DNA from: Cetorhinus maximus | Taxonomy: Eukaryota | Assembly: GCF_964194155.1 (NCBI RefSeq) | Contig: NC_135901.1 | Location: forward strand, 24,862,001 to 24,926,000 | Reading direction: 5' to 3' | DNA: 64,000 nt | In this document: positions 12,126 through 23,985 of the stretch, in pieces | Numbering within the stretch: position 1 is the first letter of the stretch | How the letters are laid out: every line of letters starts with the position of its first letter | Made by a program: the position numbers and the translations under genes | Notes under the pieces: model-generated | The model's database searches: none | What the model was told of the DNA's origin: nothing | What the model saw: the letters and a program-made list of their open reading frames with translations, nothing else

Positions 12126-13995
12126 ATTAGTTTAAATCTAAGCCCTCTGGTCATTGCCATCTCTGTTAATGGAAATAAGTCCTTCCTATCCACTCTATCT
12201 GGGCCCCTCATAATTTTATACACCTCAGTTAAATCTCCCCTCAACCTCATCTGTTCCAAAGAAAACAACCCCAGCCTGTCCAATTTTTCCTTATAGTTAA
12301 AATTCGCCATTCCTATCAATATCCTCGTAAATCTCCTCTGTACCCTCTCTGGTGTGAACACATCCTTCCTGTCATGCACTGACCAGAACTGTACTCAGTA
12401 GTCCAGCTGTGGTCTAACTAGTAGTTTATTCAGCTCTAGTATAACCTCCCTGGTCGTTTAATAAAAACAGTAAATGCTGGAAATACTCAGCAGCTCTGGC
12501 AGCATCTATGGAGAGAGAGGAGTTTCAGGTCTGTGATCTTTCATCAACCAAAAATGCTAGAAATATTCCCTGTTCTTGTATTCTATGTCTCAGTTACTAA
12601 CAGAAAGTATCCTGTCTGCCTTTTTAATCACCTTATCTACCTCGCCTGTTCCTTCAGGGATCTGTGGACATGCACTCCAATGTCCCTCTGTTCACCTACA
12701 CTTCTCACTATCATACCAGTAATATCCTTTCCCTTTGCCCCGTGTTTGCCCTCCCCAAGTGTATTTATTACCTCACACTTCTCCAGGCTGATCTCCATTT
12801 GCTACTTTTCTGCTCACTTGACCATTCTATTGACACCTTCCTACAGTCTACAGCTTTCTTCCTCACTGTTAATGACAAGGTTGAAAATGTCTTAATCATG
12901 TCCCCATGTTAAAGTCTAAATCAGTGATATATACCACAGAAGTATGGGATCCTGTGCTGAGCCATCCAGAACTCCACCGGAAACAGCCTTGTGGTCTCAA
13001 AAACACCTCTTGGCCATTCCCCTTTGCTTCCTGCTGTTTCAGCTGCTGACACTTCCTGCACTTGTGATTGTCCAGCACAGAGAAGCATCCTGGTTTTCCC
13101 ATATGGAACTGGATGCACACTGTACAGGAATCGGATGCCCCGCCATGCCTTTATTTATCTGATTATTAACTCATTTAAACAAAATAAGCTAATCATTAAA
13201 ATAAATAAAGATTATTTGTGGTTGACAATGAGGAAGAAAGCTGTGGACTGCAGCTTCTTCTATTGTGCTGAAGTCACCTTATTTTTAGAGGGAATTAACA
13301 AAAATGTTTTTCTTAACTCTTATTATCTAAACACCTCAGGGTTTAATTTACTGAACAAAATCAGACTTCTTCACTGTTTCAACCCATTGTTAGTTAGCTT
13401 TATCATTATTCCCTAGATTTGATTAATTGAATACTGACTGCAATTATATAACTTATCAATTCGTCTTTAGTTTTAGGCTAATTGATTACTTTATAGTTGA
13501 TTAATGCAGTGACCAGGGCCATACTCAGTACTCTAGCTGTGCTCTAATTAGTGTTTTACACAATTCTAACATAATCTCCCTGCTCTTATATTCTAGGCCT
13601 CAGACAAGAAAGTGCCCCAAATGCCTTCTTGACCACCTGATCTACCTGTCCAGCCACATTCAGGGATCTGTGGATGTGCACTCCAAGGTCTCTCTGTTCC
13701 TCTGTACTTCTCAGCATCATCCCTTTTATTTCCATTCCCTTCTCTTGTTTGCCCACCCCAATTTCATGATCACACACTGCTCCAGATTGATTTTCATTTA
13801 CCAATTTTCTGCTCATCTGACCAGTCCATTGATGTTTTCCTGCAGTCCACAGCTTTCTTCCTCATTGTCAACCACAACAGCAATGTTGACATCATCTGCA
13901 AACTTCTTGCTCATTGCCCCTACATTTAAGTCTAAATCATTGATATAAACTACAAATTGTGGAACCCCACTGAAAACTAAAAACAGACGTCCAGA
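12125..13995 (-). mobile_element. nested CR1 fragments (3' ORF2 pieces plus an ORF1 zinc-finger piece at 12900-13150)
   Basis: [30 protein letters not shown] and EQRDLGV motifs. Confidence 0.8.
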
Positions 13996-14001
13996 CATGA
14001 T

Positions 14002-15520
14002 TCAGTCCTGCATGTGATTAACAGTAGCAATACCAGCAGAATCTAACCCCCGCTGTCGCATATAAACTTGCTGATGTCTCAGCAGGTTGTTTGACTGAGC
14101 GAATCTCTTCCCACACACGGAGCAGGTGAACAGCCTCTCCCCAGTATGAACTCGCTGGTGTGTCAGCAGATTCTGTTTACTTTTAAATCTCTTCTCACAG
14201 TCAGAACATTTAAAAGGTCTCTGATCAGTGTGAACAAGTTGATGTGTAGTGAGATGAGACGACTGAGTGAATCTTTTGCCACACACAAGGCAAGTATATC
14301 GTCTCTCCCCAGTGTGAACTCGCTGGTGTATCAGAAGGTCAGATGAATCAATGAATTCCTGCCCACAATGACTGCAGGTGAATGGCCTCTCCCCAGTGTG
14401 AACTCGATTGTGTCTCACCAGATGGGCTAACCGAGTGAATCCCTTCCTACAGATAGAGCAGGTGAATGGCCTCTCCCCAGTGTGAGTGTGTTGGTGTTTC
14501 AGAAGATCCTTTTTGCTTTTAAATTTTTTCTCACAGTCAAGACAATTAAAAGGTCTCTGCTCAGTGTGAACAAATTGGTGTGTCAGAAGGTGGGATGAAG
14601 AAGTGAATCTCTTCCCACACACGGAGCAGGTAAATGGCCTCTCCCCAGTGTGAGTGCGTTCGTGGTTCAGTAAATCCTTTTTACTTTTAAAGCTCTTCTC
14701 ACAGTCAGAACATTTAAAAGGTCTCTTATCAGTGTGAACAAGTTGGTGCATCAGGAGGTGGGATGACTGACTGAATCCCTTCCCACACACATTGCAGGTG
14801 AATGGCCTCTACCCAGTGTGAGTGCGTTGGTGTGTCAGTAGATCCTTTGTGCTTTTAAAGCTCCTCTCACAGTCAGAACATTTAAATGGTCTGTCATCAG
14901 AGTGAGCTCGATGGTGAGTCCGGAGGTTTGACAAAGCATTAAATCCCTTCCCACATTCAAGACAGGTGAATGGCCATTCGCCAGTATGAACATGCTGGTG
15001 TGTGTAGAGGCTGGATGACTGAGTGAATCCCTTCCTACACACGGAGCAATTGAACGGCCTCTCCCCAGTGTGGCTGCGTCGATGAGTTTCCACCTCAGAT
15101 GGGTAATTAAATCCTTTCCCACAGTCCCCACATTTCCACGGTTTCCCCGTGGAGCGGGTGTCCTTGTGCCTCTCCAGGTTGCGCGGTCAATTGATGCCCA
15201 GTCACACACACACAACACGTGTACAGTCCCTCCCCGCTGTGAACAGTTGATGTTTTTTCAGGCTGTGTAACTGGTTAAAGCTCTTTCCACAGTCAGTTCA
15301 GTGGAAAACTCTCACTCGGGGGGTGTGTGTCTGTCTTTGTGCTTCTCCAGTCACACTGATGTTTGAAACATTTTCCCACAGATAGAACAGCCAAACATTT
15401 CTCCTTCCACATTCAAAGGCCAATGATATTCGGATCCTGATGAATCAAGTGACTGTCAGATCTTGATGTGGTGTTTGGTTTGAATTTCCCATCTGCAAAT
15501 ACAACCCTCCGAATACCCTG
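14002..15520 (-). pseudogene. C2H2 zinc-finger gene (about 13 fingers plus fossil upstream fingers), nonsense-disrupted
   Basis: ORFs 14809-15093 and 14002-14790 are in one frame separated by TAG at 14809-14811 (HTG*RPF); the usual ATG of MEKPWKC reads ACG. Confidence 0.8.
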
Positions 15521-16019
15521 TAAATGAAGTTTAAATTGAAATACTCAAAATATGCAATCGACAAACAGGCCATTCTGTCCAACTATTCTGCTAGTATTAT
15601 GCTTCTCCTCCCATTCCATGCAAATCATCTCAACCTTTCTAATCCCTTTTCTCCCATGTACTCATCTAGTCTCCTGTTGAAACTATCACAATGTTTCCCC
15701 CTCAATGATTTCTTGTGAGTTCCACATTGTAACCACTCTCTGAGTGAAGAAATTTCAAGTGGAAACATTCTCTCCATATCTACCCCGTCCAACCCATTGA
15801 TCATTGTAAAGACCTCTATCTTAAGAAAAAATGCCCCAACCCAAACCTTCCCAACACCTGTATTTTTTTTTTGGTTTACAGAATTCATTAGTTGACCCAG
15901 GATAGAAATTGGGAAGAGACAAACGTTTCTCTCGGTTTGAGTTTGCTGTGTGTAAATCCTCCTCTTCTAACCCCCTGTAAAAGGAGTTTCCAAAATCCAT
16001 CCCTGTCAGTCCCGGATAG

Positions 16020-16330
16020 AAATGCACAACATTCTCTCCTCCTGCTCCGGGTTTGTCACCGGGACATTTCCTCTCGGCTCCACTCAGTGCAAACGGAGAA
16101 CCGGTAGCTTCTCACTTGGAGTTTGCAGTTTTCACAACACGTTTCCGGAGCCTCTCCGTCCACCCGCCGGATCCATCGCTCCCTCTGCCCCGCCCTTTAC
16201 CCATTGTGAATCCGGGAGAGAAGCGTCTGTCCCTGATCATCTGACACTGCGCATGCTCACAACACTGGGCAGCACTGCGCCTGCGCACTGCTCCCCAGTG
16301 GTGATGGACAGGGGACATTCTCCACCGCGG
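16020..16330 (-). promoter_or_regulatory. promoter/first exon of ZNF 14002-15520
   Basis: ACTGCGCATGC and ACTGCGCCTGCGCA (NRF1-like); homologous to 60-250 and 40560-40750. Confidence 0.55.
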
Positions 16331-16399
16331 GGGATGCTGGGTACAAATTCTGCCATAGAGAACTGCAATTATGAGCAGGGTTTTTTTTGCTTTCACACT

Positions 16400-16860
16400 G
16401 GGATCGGATGGCCAATAAATAAGATTAAATTCGTGCTGGTTTTCCTTAATTAACCCACATTTATCGATGTGATTATTAATTTTATCCCGAATCACTGCTT
16501 CTAGAATTTTCCCCACCACAGAAGTTAAACTGACTGGCCTGTAGTTACTGGGCTTATCTTTACTTGGTTTCAACAAAGTTGTAACGTTTGCAATCCTCCA
16601 GTCCTCTGGAACCACCTCTGAGCCTAAGTGAAATTGGAAAATTATGGCCAGTGCCTCTGCAATTTCCACTCTCACTTCCTTCATTATCCTTGGATGCAAC
16701 TCATCCAGTCCTGGCACTTTATTAACTTTAAGTATAGACTGTCTATCTAATATCTCCTTCTTATCAATTTTAAATACTTCTAGTGTTTTAATTACCTCCT
16801 CTTTCACCGTGGTCATATAGCATTTTCTTCCTTGGTAAAGACAGATGCAAAATATTCTTA
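16400..16860 (-). mobile_element. CR1 ORF2 fragment
   Basis: PGLDELHPRIMKE..VPEDWRIANV..NYRPVSLTSVVGKILE. Confidence 0.9.
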
Positions 16861-17019
16861 TAAAAGCAAAATACTGCAGATGCTAGAAATCTGAAACAAA
16901 AACTCAGCAGATCTGACAGCCTCTTACTCTCTCCAATATTATACTCTCATTCATTCTCTCTCCTGGAAGAATGTGTCCATTGACCTTTGTTGTTTCATTG
17001 GCCTTTATTGCTTTTTATC

Positions 17020-17660
17020 ATCCGTAATTGGCCTTTAATGTAAGCGGATTGGAGTAGAAGAATTAAGTTGTCTTGCTACAATTATAGAGGGATTTTCTGA
17101 GACCACAACTGCAACCCTGCATGCAGTTTTGGTTTCCACATTTAAAGAAGGATCTACTTGCATTGGAGGTAGTACAGTGAAGGTTCACTACATTGGTCCC
17201 TGGGGTGAAATGGTTGTCCTATGATCAGTGGCTGAGTAAATTGAGTCTATAATCTCAGCAGTTTAAAAGGTAAGAGGTGATCTCATTGAAACGTTTCAGA
17301 TTCTAAGGAGCTTGATAGGGCAGACATGGAGAAGTTGTCTTCCCGGCTGAAGAATCAAAAAGATGGGGCACAGTCTCAGGATAAGGAGCCGATCATTTAG
17401 GACTGAGATGAGGAAAAATTTATTCACTCATGTTGTTGTGACTATTTGGAATTCTCTACTCCAGAGGATTGTGCATGGTCTATTGTTGGATTCATTTAAG
17501 GCTGAGATAGACAAATCTTTGGTCTTTCAGCGAATCAACGGATATGGGGAACAGGTGGGAAAGTGGAGTTGAAGCTGAAGATCAGCTATGATCGTATTCA
17601 ATGATGGAGCAGGCTCGAGGGGCCCTATGGTCTATTCTGCTGCTTTTTACTATGCACTTA
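17020..17660 (+). mobile_element. CR1 3' fragment
   Basis: GHSLRIRSRSFRTEMRKN..IWNSL and CR1 tail. Confidence 0.8.
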
Positions 17661-18027
17661 CGTCCAGAAAATGCTTTTAACTTGTAAAACTGATTCGATT
17701 TCTGTTCCCAGCTGTTTGCGTTTTAATCTTGTCCCATTGAGTGATTTCACTGTGACTGAATATGGTTTTACTGATCAATGGACATTGAGCTCTCAGTGTC
17801 AGCACTGCAGAAACCTTTCGTTTAACTGTTCTGTGTGGAAATGAGAAACTGAGCAGAAAATGGTTAACAGGTGCACTTCTCTCAAACACTGAGATTAGAG
17901 GGGAAAATGTATTATTGTTGACAGCAAGCAGTCTCAGGCATTCCATGTCTGATTGGTTGTTTTTATTTAATTGTAATAAAATAGGGAAGTGTAACACAGA
18001 AATAAGAGGAGTTCATACAACTCCAGA

Positions 18028-18089
18028 ACCCCACCCCCCCACCGCCCCCCCACCCCCGCCACCCGCCCCCCCCCCCCCCCACCCCACCA
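18028..18089. repeat. C-rich low-complexity tract
   Basis: Near-continuous C runs; G-quadruplex-capable on the minus strand. Confidence 0.8.
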
Positions 18090-19499
18090 ATTTTACATCA
18101 TTATTTTGTTAAACGCTCCAAGATTTAGTCTTTTTAATCCTACTTGTCTTCAATACTCGACTTTCCAAGAGCTTATTTTAAACTCTTCAACTCATCTGTG
18201 ATGGTCACTCTCTGTGCCCAACCTGCCTTTTTAGGAAATAAATTGATCATTACTTCCCTCTGTCCGCCGAACATTCTCTCTTTCTATGTATCTGTCTTTT
18301 TCACTCTGCATCGTTCTCCATCAATCCCACTCTTTACAGTCTTTGGAAAATATATTGCCCTTCAATAGAAACAGGAGGATGTCATTCAGCCCCCTTGACG
18401 CTACTCTGAATTCACTAAGAGAATTGCTGATCTGCCTATCAGCGTCGTTCCCTTACTTCCATCTTCCTCTCTCAACAAAATCAGGAACAACCCTGGCAAA
18501 CAAACTCCCAGGAGGAGGTTGGGTGTGGGGGGGCTCAATTCCACTTGAGCATTCATTGATTGAACCAAAGTCCAACACCATAATCACTCGACTAACCTGC
18601 TGCATTGGAACCTTTTGCTGACCACTCATTGGGCCTTTCAGTGAACGAGACAGGACACATTCCAATGGTCATGGTGCGTTTCTTTTTCTCAAATGTTCCT
18701 TCATTCTATTTTCATCAGTCTCCAATTTGAAATAACTGACAAGTTCCTCTCGGTATTATAACTGAGAATGTGTCTATCTGCTCAGCATTAACTGAACACG
18801 GTAAGAGAGATGCTTTGGGATTATTTGAACTTGGTTTCAGCCCATGCACCCAATGGTTCACTGAGGGCTCGGTGATACATGTGCTACTGACATATTTACG
18901 ATGCGGGGAAGAGACTGTGAAGAGAATCTGTGTATCTACATATGTATCAATATTACATAGACAAGAAGATAGAAGGGAGGGAAACTGAAATGAGTGGAGT
19001 GTATGAAGGCAGATAGAAAGACAGAATAATACATGATGGACACACACTGTTTATAATGCACCTTCACTTGTCTGTGATTACAGATATCTGGTAACATGAT
19101 GGTTGTGAACTTAATATTGTTTATCATGTTTTGCTTCAAGATTCAAACATCCCTCTTCAAGTTTGACATGTGGGGAATCTTCTCTGTTGCAGAGAGCTAG
19201 CTGCCTTTCCAGAGACTCATCAGAGGTTTCAGTGATGATGATGATGGCGATCATTACTATTATTTCATGTTGATATAACCAAGACAAAGTGGATAGTGGA
19301 GAGGATCCTCTTATGACAAATGATGAAGAAAGTAATGCCACATCATCTTGCACCTTAAAATCGTAGACCTCATGTGCGCTGGCATCATCAGAATGTCAGT
19401 AAACCTCCACAATGTCACAATAGAATGTCATTCCCACTCGGTCTGTAACAGTGGAACTATCCCCCCTGTGAGCAGGCTGACTATAGCCTAGCTCGGGGT

Positions 19500-20603
19500 C
19501 AGAGAGTCATAGAGTTATACAGCACCGAAAAAGGCCCTTTGGCCCATCGCGTCCATGCTGGCCATCAAGCACCTATCTATTCTAATCCCATTTCCCAGCA
19601 CTTGGCCCACAGCCCTGTATGTAATGGTGTTTCAAGTGCTTACCTAAATACTTCTTAAATGTTGTCAGGGTTCCTGCCTCGACCACCCCCTCAGGCAGTG
19701 TGTTCCAGATTCCAACCATCCCCTGTGTGAAAATATTTTTCCTCAAATCCCCTCTAAAGCTCCTGCCCCTTACCTTAAATCTCCACCCCCTGGTATTGAC
19801 ACCTCTGCTGAGGGGAAAAGTTTCTTCTTATCTACCCTATCTATGCCCCTCATAATTTTGTACACCTCTATCAGGTCCCCCCTCAGCCTTCTCTTCTCTA
19901 AGGAAAACAACCCTAGCCTATCCAGTCTCCCTTTACAGCTGAAACACTCCAGCCCAGGCAACAGCCTGGTGAATCTCCTCTGCACCCTCTCCAGTGCAAT
20001 CACATCCTTCCTATAGTGTGGTGCCCAGAATTGCACAGATTACTCCAGATGCGGCCCAACTAGTGTTTTATACAGCTCCAACATAACCCCCCTGCTCTTA
20101 TATTCTATGCCTCGACTAATAAAGGCAAGTATCCCATATGCCTTCTTAACCACATTGTCTACCTGTGCTGCTGCCTTCAGGGATCTATGGACTTGTACAC
20201 CAAGGTCCCTCTGATCCCCTGTACTTCCTCGGCTCGTGACATTCATTTGTATTCTCTTGCCATGTTAATCCTCCCAAAATACCTCACCTCACACTTCTCA
20301 GGATTAAATTCAATTTGCCACTGTTCTGTCCATTTTACCAGCCCATCTATATTACCCTGTAATCTAAGGCTTTCCTCTTCACTATTTACAACACCACCAA
20401 TTTTTGTGTCACTTGCGAACTTGCTGATTATACCTCCTATATTAACATCGAAATCATTAATGTACACTACAAATAGCAAGGGTCCCAGCACCGATCCCTG
20501 AGGTATACCACTCATCACAGGCTTCCAATCACTAAAACAACTTTGGATCATCACCCTCTGCCTCCTGCCACTAAGCTAATTTTGGACCCAGTTTGCCAAA
20601 TTG
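19500..20603 (-). mobile_element. 5'-truncated CR1
   Basis: ORFs 20243-20554, 20040-20246 and 19770-20036 carry RT and C-terminal motifs; tail near 19500. Confidence 0.9.
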
Positions 20604-20694
20604 CAGAGCTCGAAATCGGGACTAAATTAACCACGTTAGCTATATGGGGGCTGCAGCTGACCGACGCTGCAGAGTACCACTGCTCCCTGATGCT
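20603..20694 (+). pseudogene. orphan antigen-receptor V segment 3' fragment (TCR alpha/delta-like FR3)
   Basis: AELEIGTKLTTLAIWGLQLTDAAEYHCSLML contains the V-set L-x-I-x-x-L-Q-x-x-D-x-A-x-Y-x-C motif and directly abuts an RSS. Confidence 0.75.
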
Positions 20695-20733
20695 CACAGT
20701 GACAGAAAACAGTGAAACTCTCATACAGAACTC
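20695..20733 (+). promoter_or_regulatory. 23-RSS (V(D)J recombination signal)
   Basis: CACAGTG + 23-nt spacer ACAGAAAACAGTGAAACTCTCAT + ACAGAACTC (6/9 match to ACAAAAACC). Confidence 0.7.
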
Positions 20734-21157
20734 CCCCCACTATGGATGCCTGGGCCCCAGCTGCTGAAGCGTGATCTCAGGGCGGTCAGATGTTGACACG
20801 GTGCTGAGTCACGCCCCTGTGAGCTGACACACACGGAGACGGAGCCAGGAAGCAGCCCCTTGTGTGAAGGACTCACAACAGACTGATTATTTGACACTAG
20901 GAAGTGTTCCTGAGTGTCAGCAATCTCTGTCTCGGTGCGTATCTGAACATTGAACCCTGGTTTTAAAGGGAGAAGTATTTGATCAGAGGCAGGAAGGAAG
21001 GTTTAACCTGTACATTGATTCTCTGATGGGTCTGTCTGTCCGATTGGATTCTACAGTTTGTTTTCTCAGCTGCTCCTGGAGACAGTTGGGTGACGGTTTA
21101 AGCCGAGTTTCTATCTGACACCCAACAGACAGAAGCTCCCAGCCACAGTCCAAAGGC

Positions 21158-21196
21158 AGTTTTTGTACAGGGGTGAGACAGTTTTCCATCACCGTG
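21158..21196 (-). promoter_or_regulatory. 23-RSS (V(D)J recombination signal)
   Basis: Minus strand CACGGTG + 23-nt spacer ATGGAAAACTGTCTCACCCCTGT + ACAAAAACT (6/7 and 8/9 matches to consensus). Confidence 0.8.
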
Positions 21197-21330
21197 AGTC
21201 TTAGAGAGAGTGCAGTGTGAATACGCTGTTGTCTCAGCAGGTCATTGCTTCTTGTAAAGGTATTCTCACATTCAGAATATTGAAACAGAGTGAACACATT
21301 GGTGTTCAGTGTATTGGGAGGATTCAGAGA
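21197..21330 (-). pseudogene. degenerate zinc-finger remnant fused to a V-like end
   Basis: FQYSECENTFTRSNDLLRQQRIHT-ALSLRL then RSS; a second finger remnant (SSQYTEHQCVHS, other frame) lies upstream. Confidence 0.6.
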
Positions 21331-21499
21331 GAAGCTGGAAGCGGCGGATAGTGAGAGTGGAGAATGTTTATTGTTTATTACAGAGATAAAAACAAAAAAC
21401 TGCGGATGCTGGAAATCCAAAACAAAACATCTCCGCCGATGCTGCCAGATCTACTGAGTTTTTCCAGGTATTTCTGTTTTTGTTCATTGTTTAATATTC

Positions 21500-21790
21500 G
21501 GCTCTGGGGCCGCACTCGGAATTTGTAAACCCCGTCCCCCCGCCCGGGGTTTATTAACCCGCTCCCGACAGTGACCTCTCACCTGACAGCTAACAATGCC
21601 CGCCTGATTGACGGCAGCTCAGGACCAATAGCAGGAGGGGGCGTGTCCGCGGTAGCGGCTGGTTCTCGAGCCAATCGGAGTGATGGAGGGGCGTGGCTAG
21701 GCTGCGACTGAAGCATGCGCAGTACTGGAATCAGAGCCGGAAGAAGGCGGTCGGGTTAAGATCACAAAGGGTGAGAAATGAAGCCGACGG
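21500..21790 (+). promoter_or_regulatory. promoter and non-coding first exon of ZNF 24465-25418
   Basis: CCAAT boxes (~21625, ~21671), GC box, GCATGCGCAG (~21713), CCGGAAG ETS site, donor AGG|GTGAGA at ~21771. Confidence 0.6.
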
Positions 21791-21804
21791 CTGGAGTTTG
21801 GGAA

Positions 21805-21895
21805 CCGGGGGGGAGCCTGGAAACCGCGCGCGAGCTCAGAGGGCGGGTGGAGATTATGAAACGGGGGGAGCCTGGAAACCGCGCGCGAACTCGGA
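21805..21895. repeat. two-copy tandem repeat, about 55 bp period
   Basis: GGGGGGAGCCTGGAAACCGCGCGCGA occurs twice. Confidence 0.8.
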
Positions 21896-21904
21896 GGACG
21901 GAGA

Positions 21905-22212
21905 GACGGTGGCCTCGTGGTAATGTCACTGGGCTCGAAACCCAGAGACCCTGATCTGAGGATATGGATTCAATTCAGTGAATAAATCTGGAATATAAAC
22001 CTCGGCTCGGAAATAGTGACCATAAAACTATCATGGGTTGTTTTAAAACCTCATCTGGTTCACCTGCGCCCCTTCAGGGAAGGAAATCTGCCATCTTACA
22101 TGTGACTGCAGACCCACAGTGAAGTGGTTCACTCTGAAACCGTCCGGCAAGCCACTCAGTTCCAGGGCTATTGGGGATGGGCAACGCCCGCATCCCATAA
22201 TAGAATTAAAAA
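21905..22212 (+). mobile_element. tRNA-derived SINE (partner of the second LINE family)
   Basis: GTGGC..GTGGTAATGTCACTGG head, CAGGGAAGGAAATCTGCC body and GGGATGGGCAA tail shared with the LINE end at 26490-26555; other copies at 26686-27045(-), 30865-31160(+), 56980-57180(-). Confidence 0.75.
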
Positions 22213-22569
22213 ACATGGTGGCTGTGGGACTGGAAACCCTGGTAAGAGGCCTGGCTTATGCAGGCAATTGCCTGTCACCATCTCGGGAGGGGAAGGGGGG
22301 TGGGGTGAATGGTTGGCCATATTGGTGAGGCAATTGTCATTTGTGGGAGAGAATTCCAAACTTTTCCCAGCCTTTGTGTCAACAATTGTTATCTCATTTC
22401 ACTCTGAAAGACCTGGCCACAATTTTTAGACTATGTCCCTAGTCCACAACTCCTCAGTTAACAGAAATAATTTCTCTCTATCTTGGATAAATTCCTGGAA
22501 ACACAATCTGAGTTTCAGTCATCTCTCCTGATAATTTAATTTCAGGTATTACTGTGACTGGGAAAGTAC

Positions 22570-23330
22570 CTGGATACACAAAGCCCTGGTCAGACCACAC
22601 CTGGAGAATGGTGTTCACTGCTGGGCAGCACACCTCAGGAAGGATATATTGTCCTTGGAGGGAATGCAGCACAGATTTGAATGAATGATACCTGGACTCC
22701 AAGAGTTAAATTGTGAGGAGAGATGACACAAAGTTGGGTTGTATTCCCTGGAATTTAGACGATTAAGGGGTGATTTGATCAAAGTTTTCAAAATATTAAT
22801 TGGAACTGATTGGATAGATAGATAGAAACAATTTCCACCAGTTGGGGAATCTGGGACTGGGGGCACAGTGTAAACATGAGAGAGCCAGACCTTTCAGGAG
22901 TGAAGTTAACAAACACTTCTACACACAAAAGGAGGTAGAAGTGAGGAACTCTGTTCCACAAACAGCAGTTGATGTGAGATCAATGTTAATGTTAAATCTA
23001 ACATTTAATGATCTTTGTTAACCAAAGGTGTTAATGGATATGGGGCAAAGGCAGGCATATAGGGTTAGATCACAGATAACCCATGATCTCATTTCACGGT
23101 GGAACAGACACGAGGGGATAAATAGCCATCTCCTAGAATCATTGCAACTTACACCACAGAAAGAGGCCATTCAACCCTTTGTGCTTCTGCTGTCTCTTTG
23201 AAAGAGCAGTCATGTTTAGACCCACATACCCACACTCTGGTTGTAATCAGTAAGTTCCTCATTCTCAAATCCTTTTAAAATTCCTTATAGAATCAGGTTC
23301 CAGCACCTTTTCAGCTCAAGAGTTCCCGGT
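22570..23330. mobile_element. CR1 3' fragments in ZNF intron
   Basis: [16 protein letters not shown]-type sequence and tail; paralogous pieces at 45395-46450. Confidence 0.7.
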
Positions 23331-23344
23331 CCTGACAACTCCCT

Positions 23345-23670
23345 GCTGGTGCAGAAACAGCTGAACTCGATGTTGAGTTCTGGAAGGTTGTAAAGTATCG
23401 AATCAAAAGATGAGCTGCTGTTCCTCGAGCTCCCACTGAGCTTCATTGGAACAGTTCAGGGGGCCAAGGACAGAGAGGTCAGAGTGGGAGTGGGGCGGAG
23501 AATTAAAATGACAAGTGACTGGAAGCTCAGGGTCAAGCTCACAGACTGAACAGAGGTTGTTCAACAAAGTGATCACCCAATCTTTGTTTGATCTTCCCAA
23601 TGTAGAGCAGACCACATGGTGAGCACTGAATACAGTAACTAAACTGAAAACATTATAAGCAAATCACTGT
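23345..23670 (-). mobile_element. Penelope-like GIY-YIG C-terminal fragment
   Basis: HFNSPPHSHSDLSVLG..EAQWELEEQQLIF; related copies at 46465-46770, 42380-42770 and 41430-41520. Confidence 0.75.
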
Positions 23671-23699
23671 CTGTTATAGGCTGAAGAAAGATGCTTTAT

Positions 23700-23985
23700 T
23701 TGAAGAGTAAGGGTTACAAAGTAAAACAAGCTGATTTCCAGAATATTAAATCAGAAGTCCAGTTATAGAGATTATTAACATCAGCAGAAACAAGCCCAAA
23801 CTATCAGAATGAACATGGTTCAGTCCTGAATGTGATTAACAGCAGAATCCAACCCCTGGAGTCACTGCTGAACTCACTGGTGTGTCAGCTGGTTGGATGA
23901 TAGATTTAATCCCTTCTCTCACGTGGAGCAGGTGTCCGGCCTCTCCCCAGTGTGAACTCGCTGCTGTGTGTCTTGGAGCTGATGG
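23700..23985 (-). pseudogene. antisense ZNF 3' end remnant inside an intron
   Basis: Family 3'UTR signature (TTAACATCAGCAGAAAC..GAACATGGTTCAGTCC) and degenerate terminal fingers. Confidence 0.65.

Noticed and set aside
14835-15218. Alternative-frame and antisense ORFs over finger arrays (e.g. TLGRGRS.., SHWGEA..)
   Set aside because: Shadow frames produced by repetitive C2H2 codons.
20690-21201. Bona fide RAG/Transib transposon insertion
   Set aside because: Flanks ATGCT and AGTCT are not a 5-bp TSD, both signals are 23-type, there is no transposase, and both flanks look like V coding ends.
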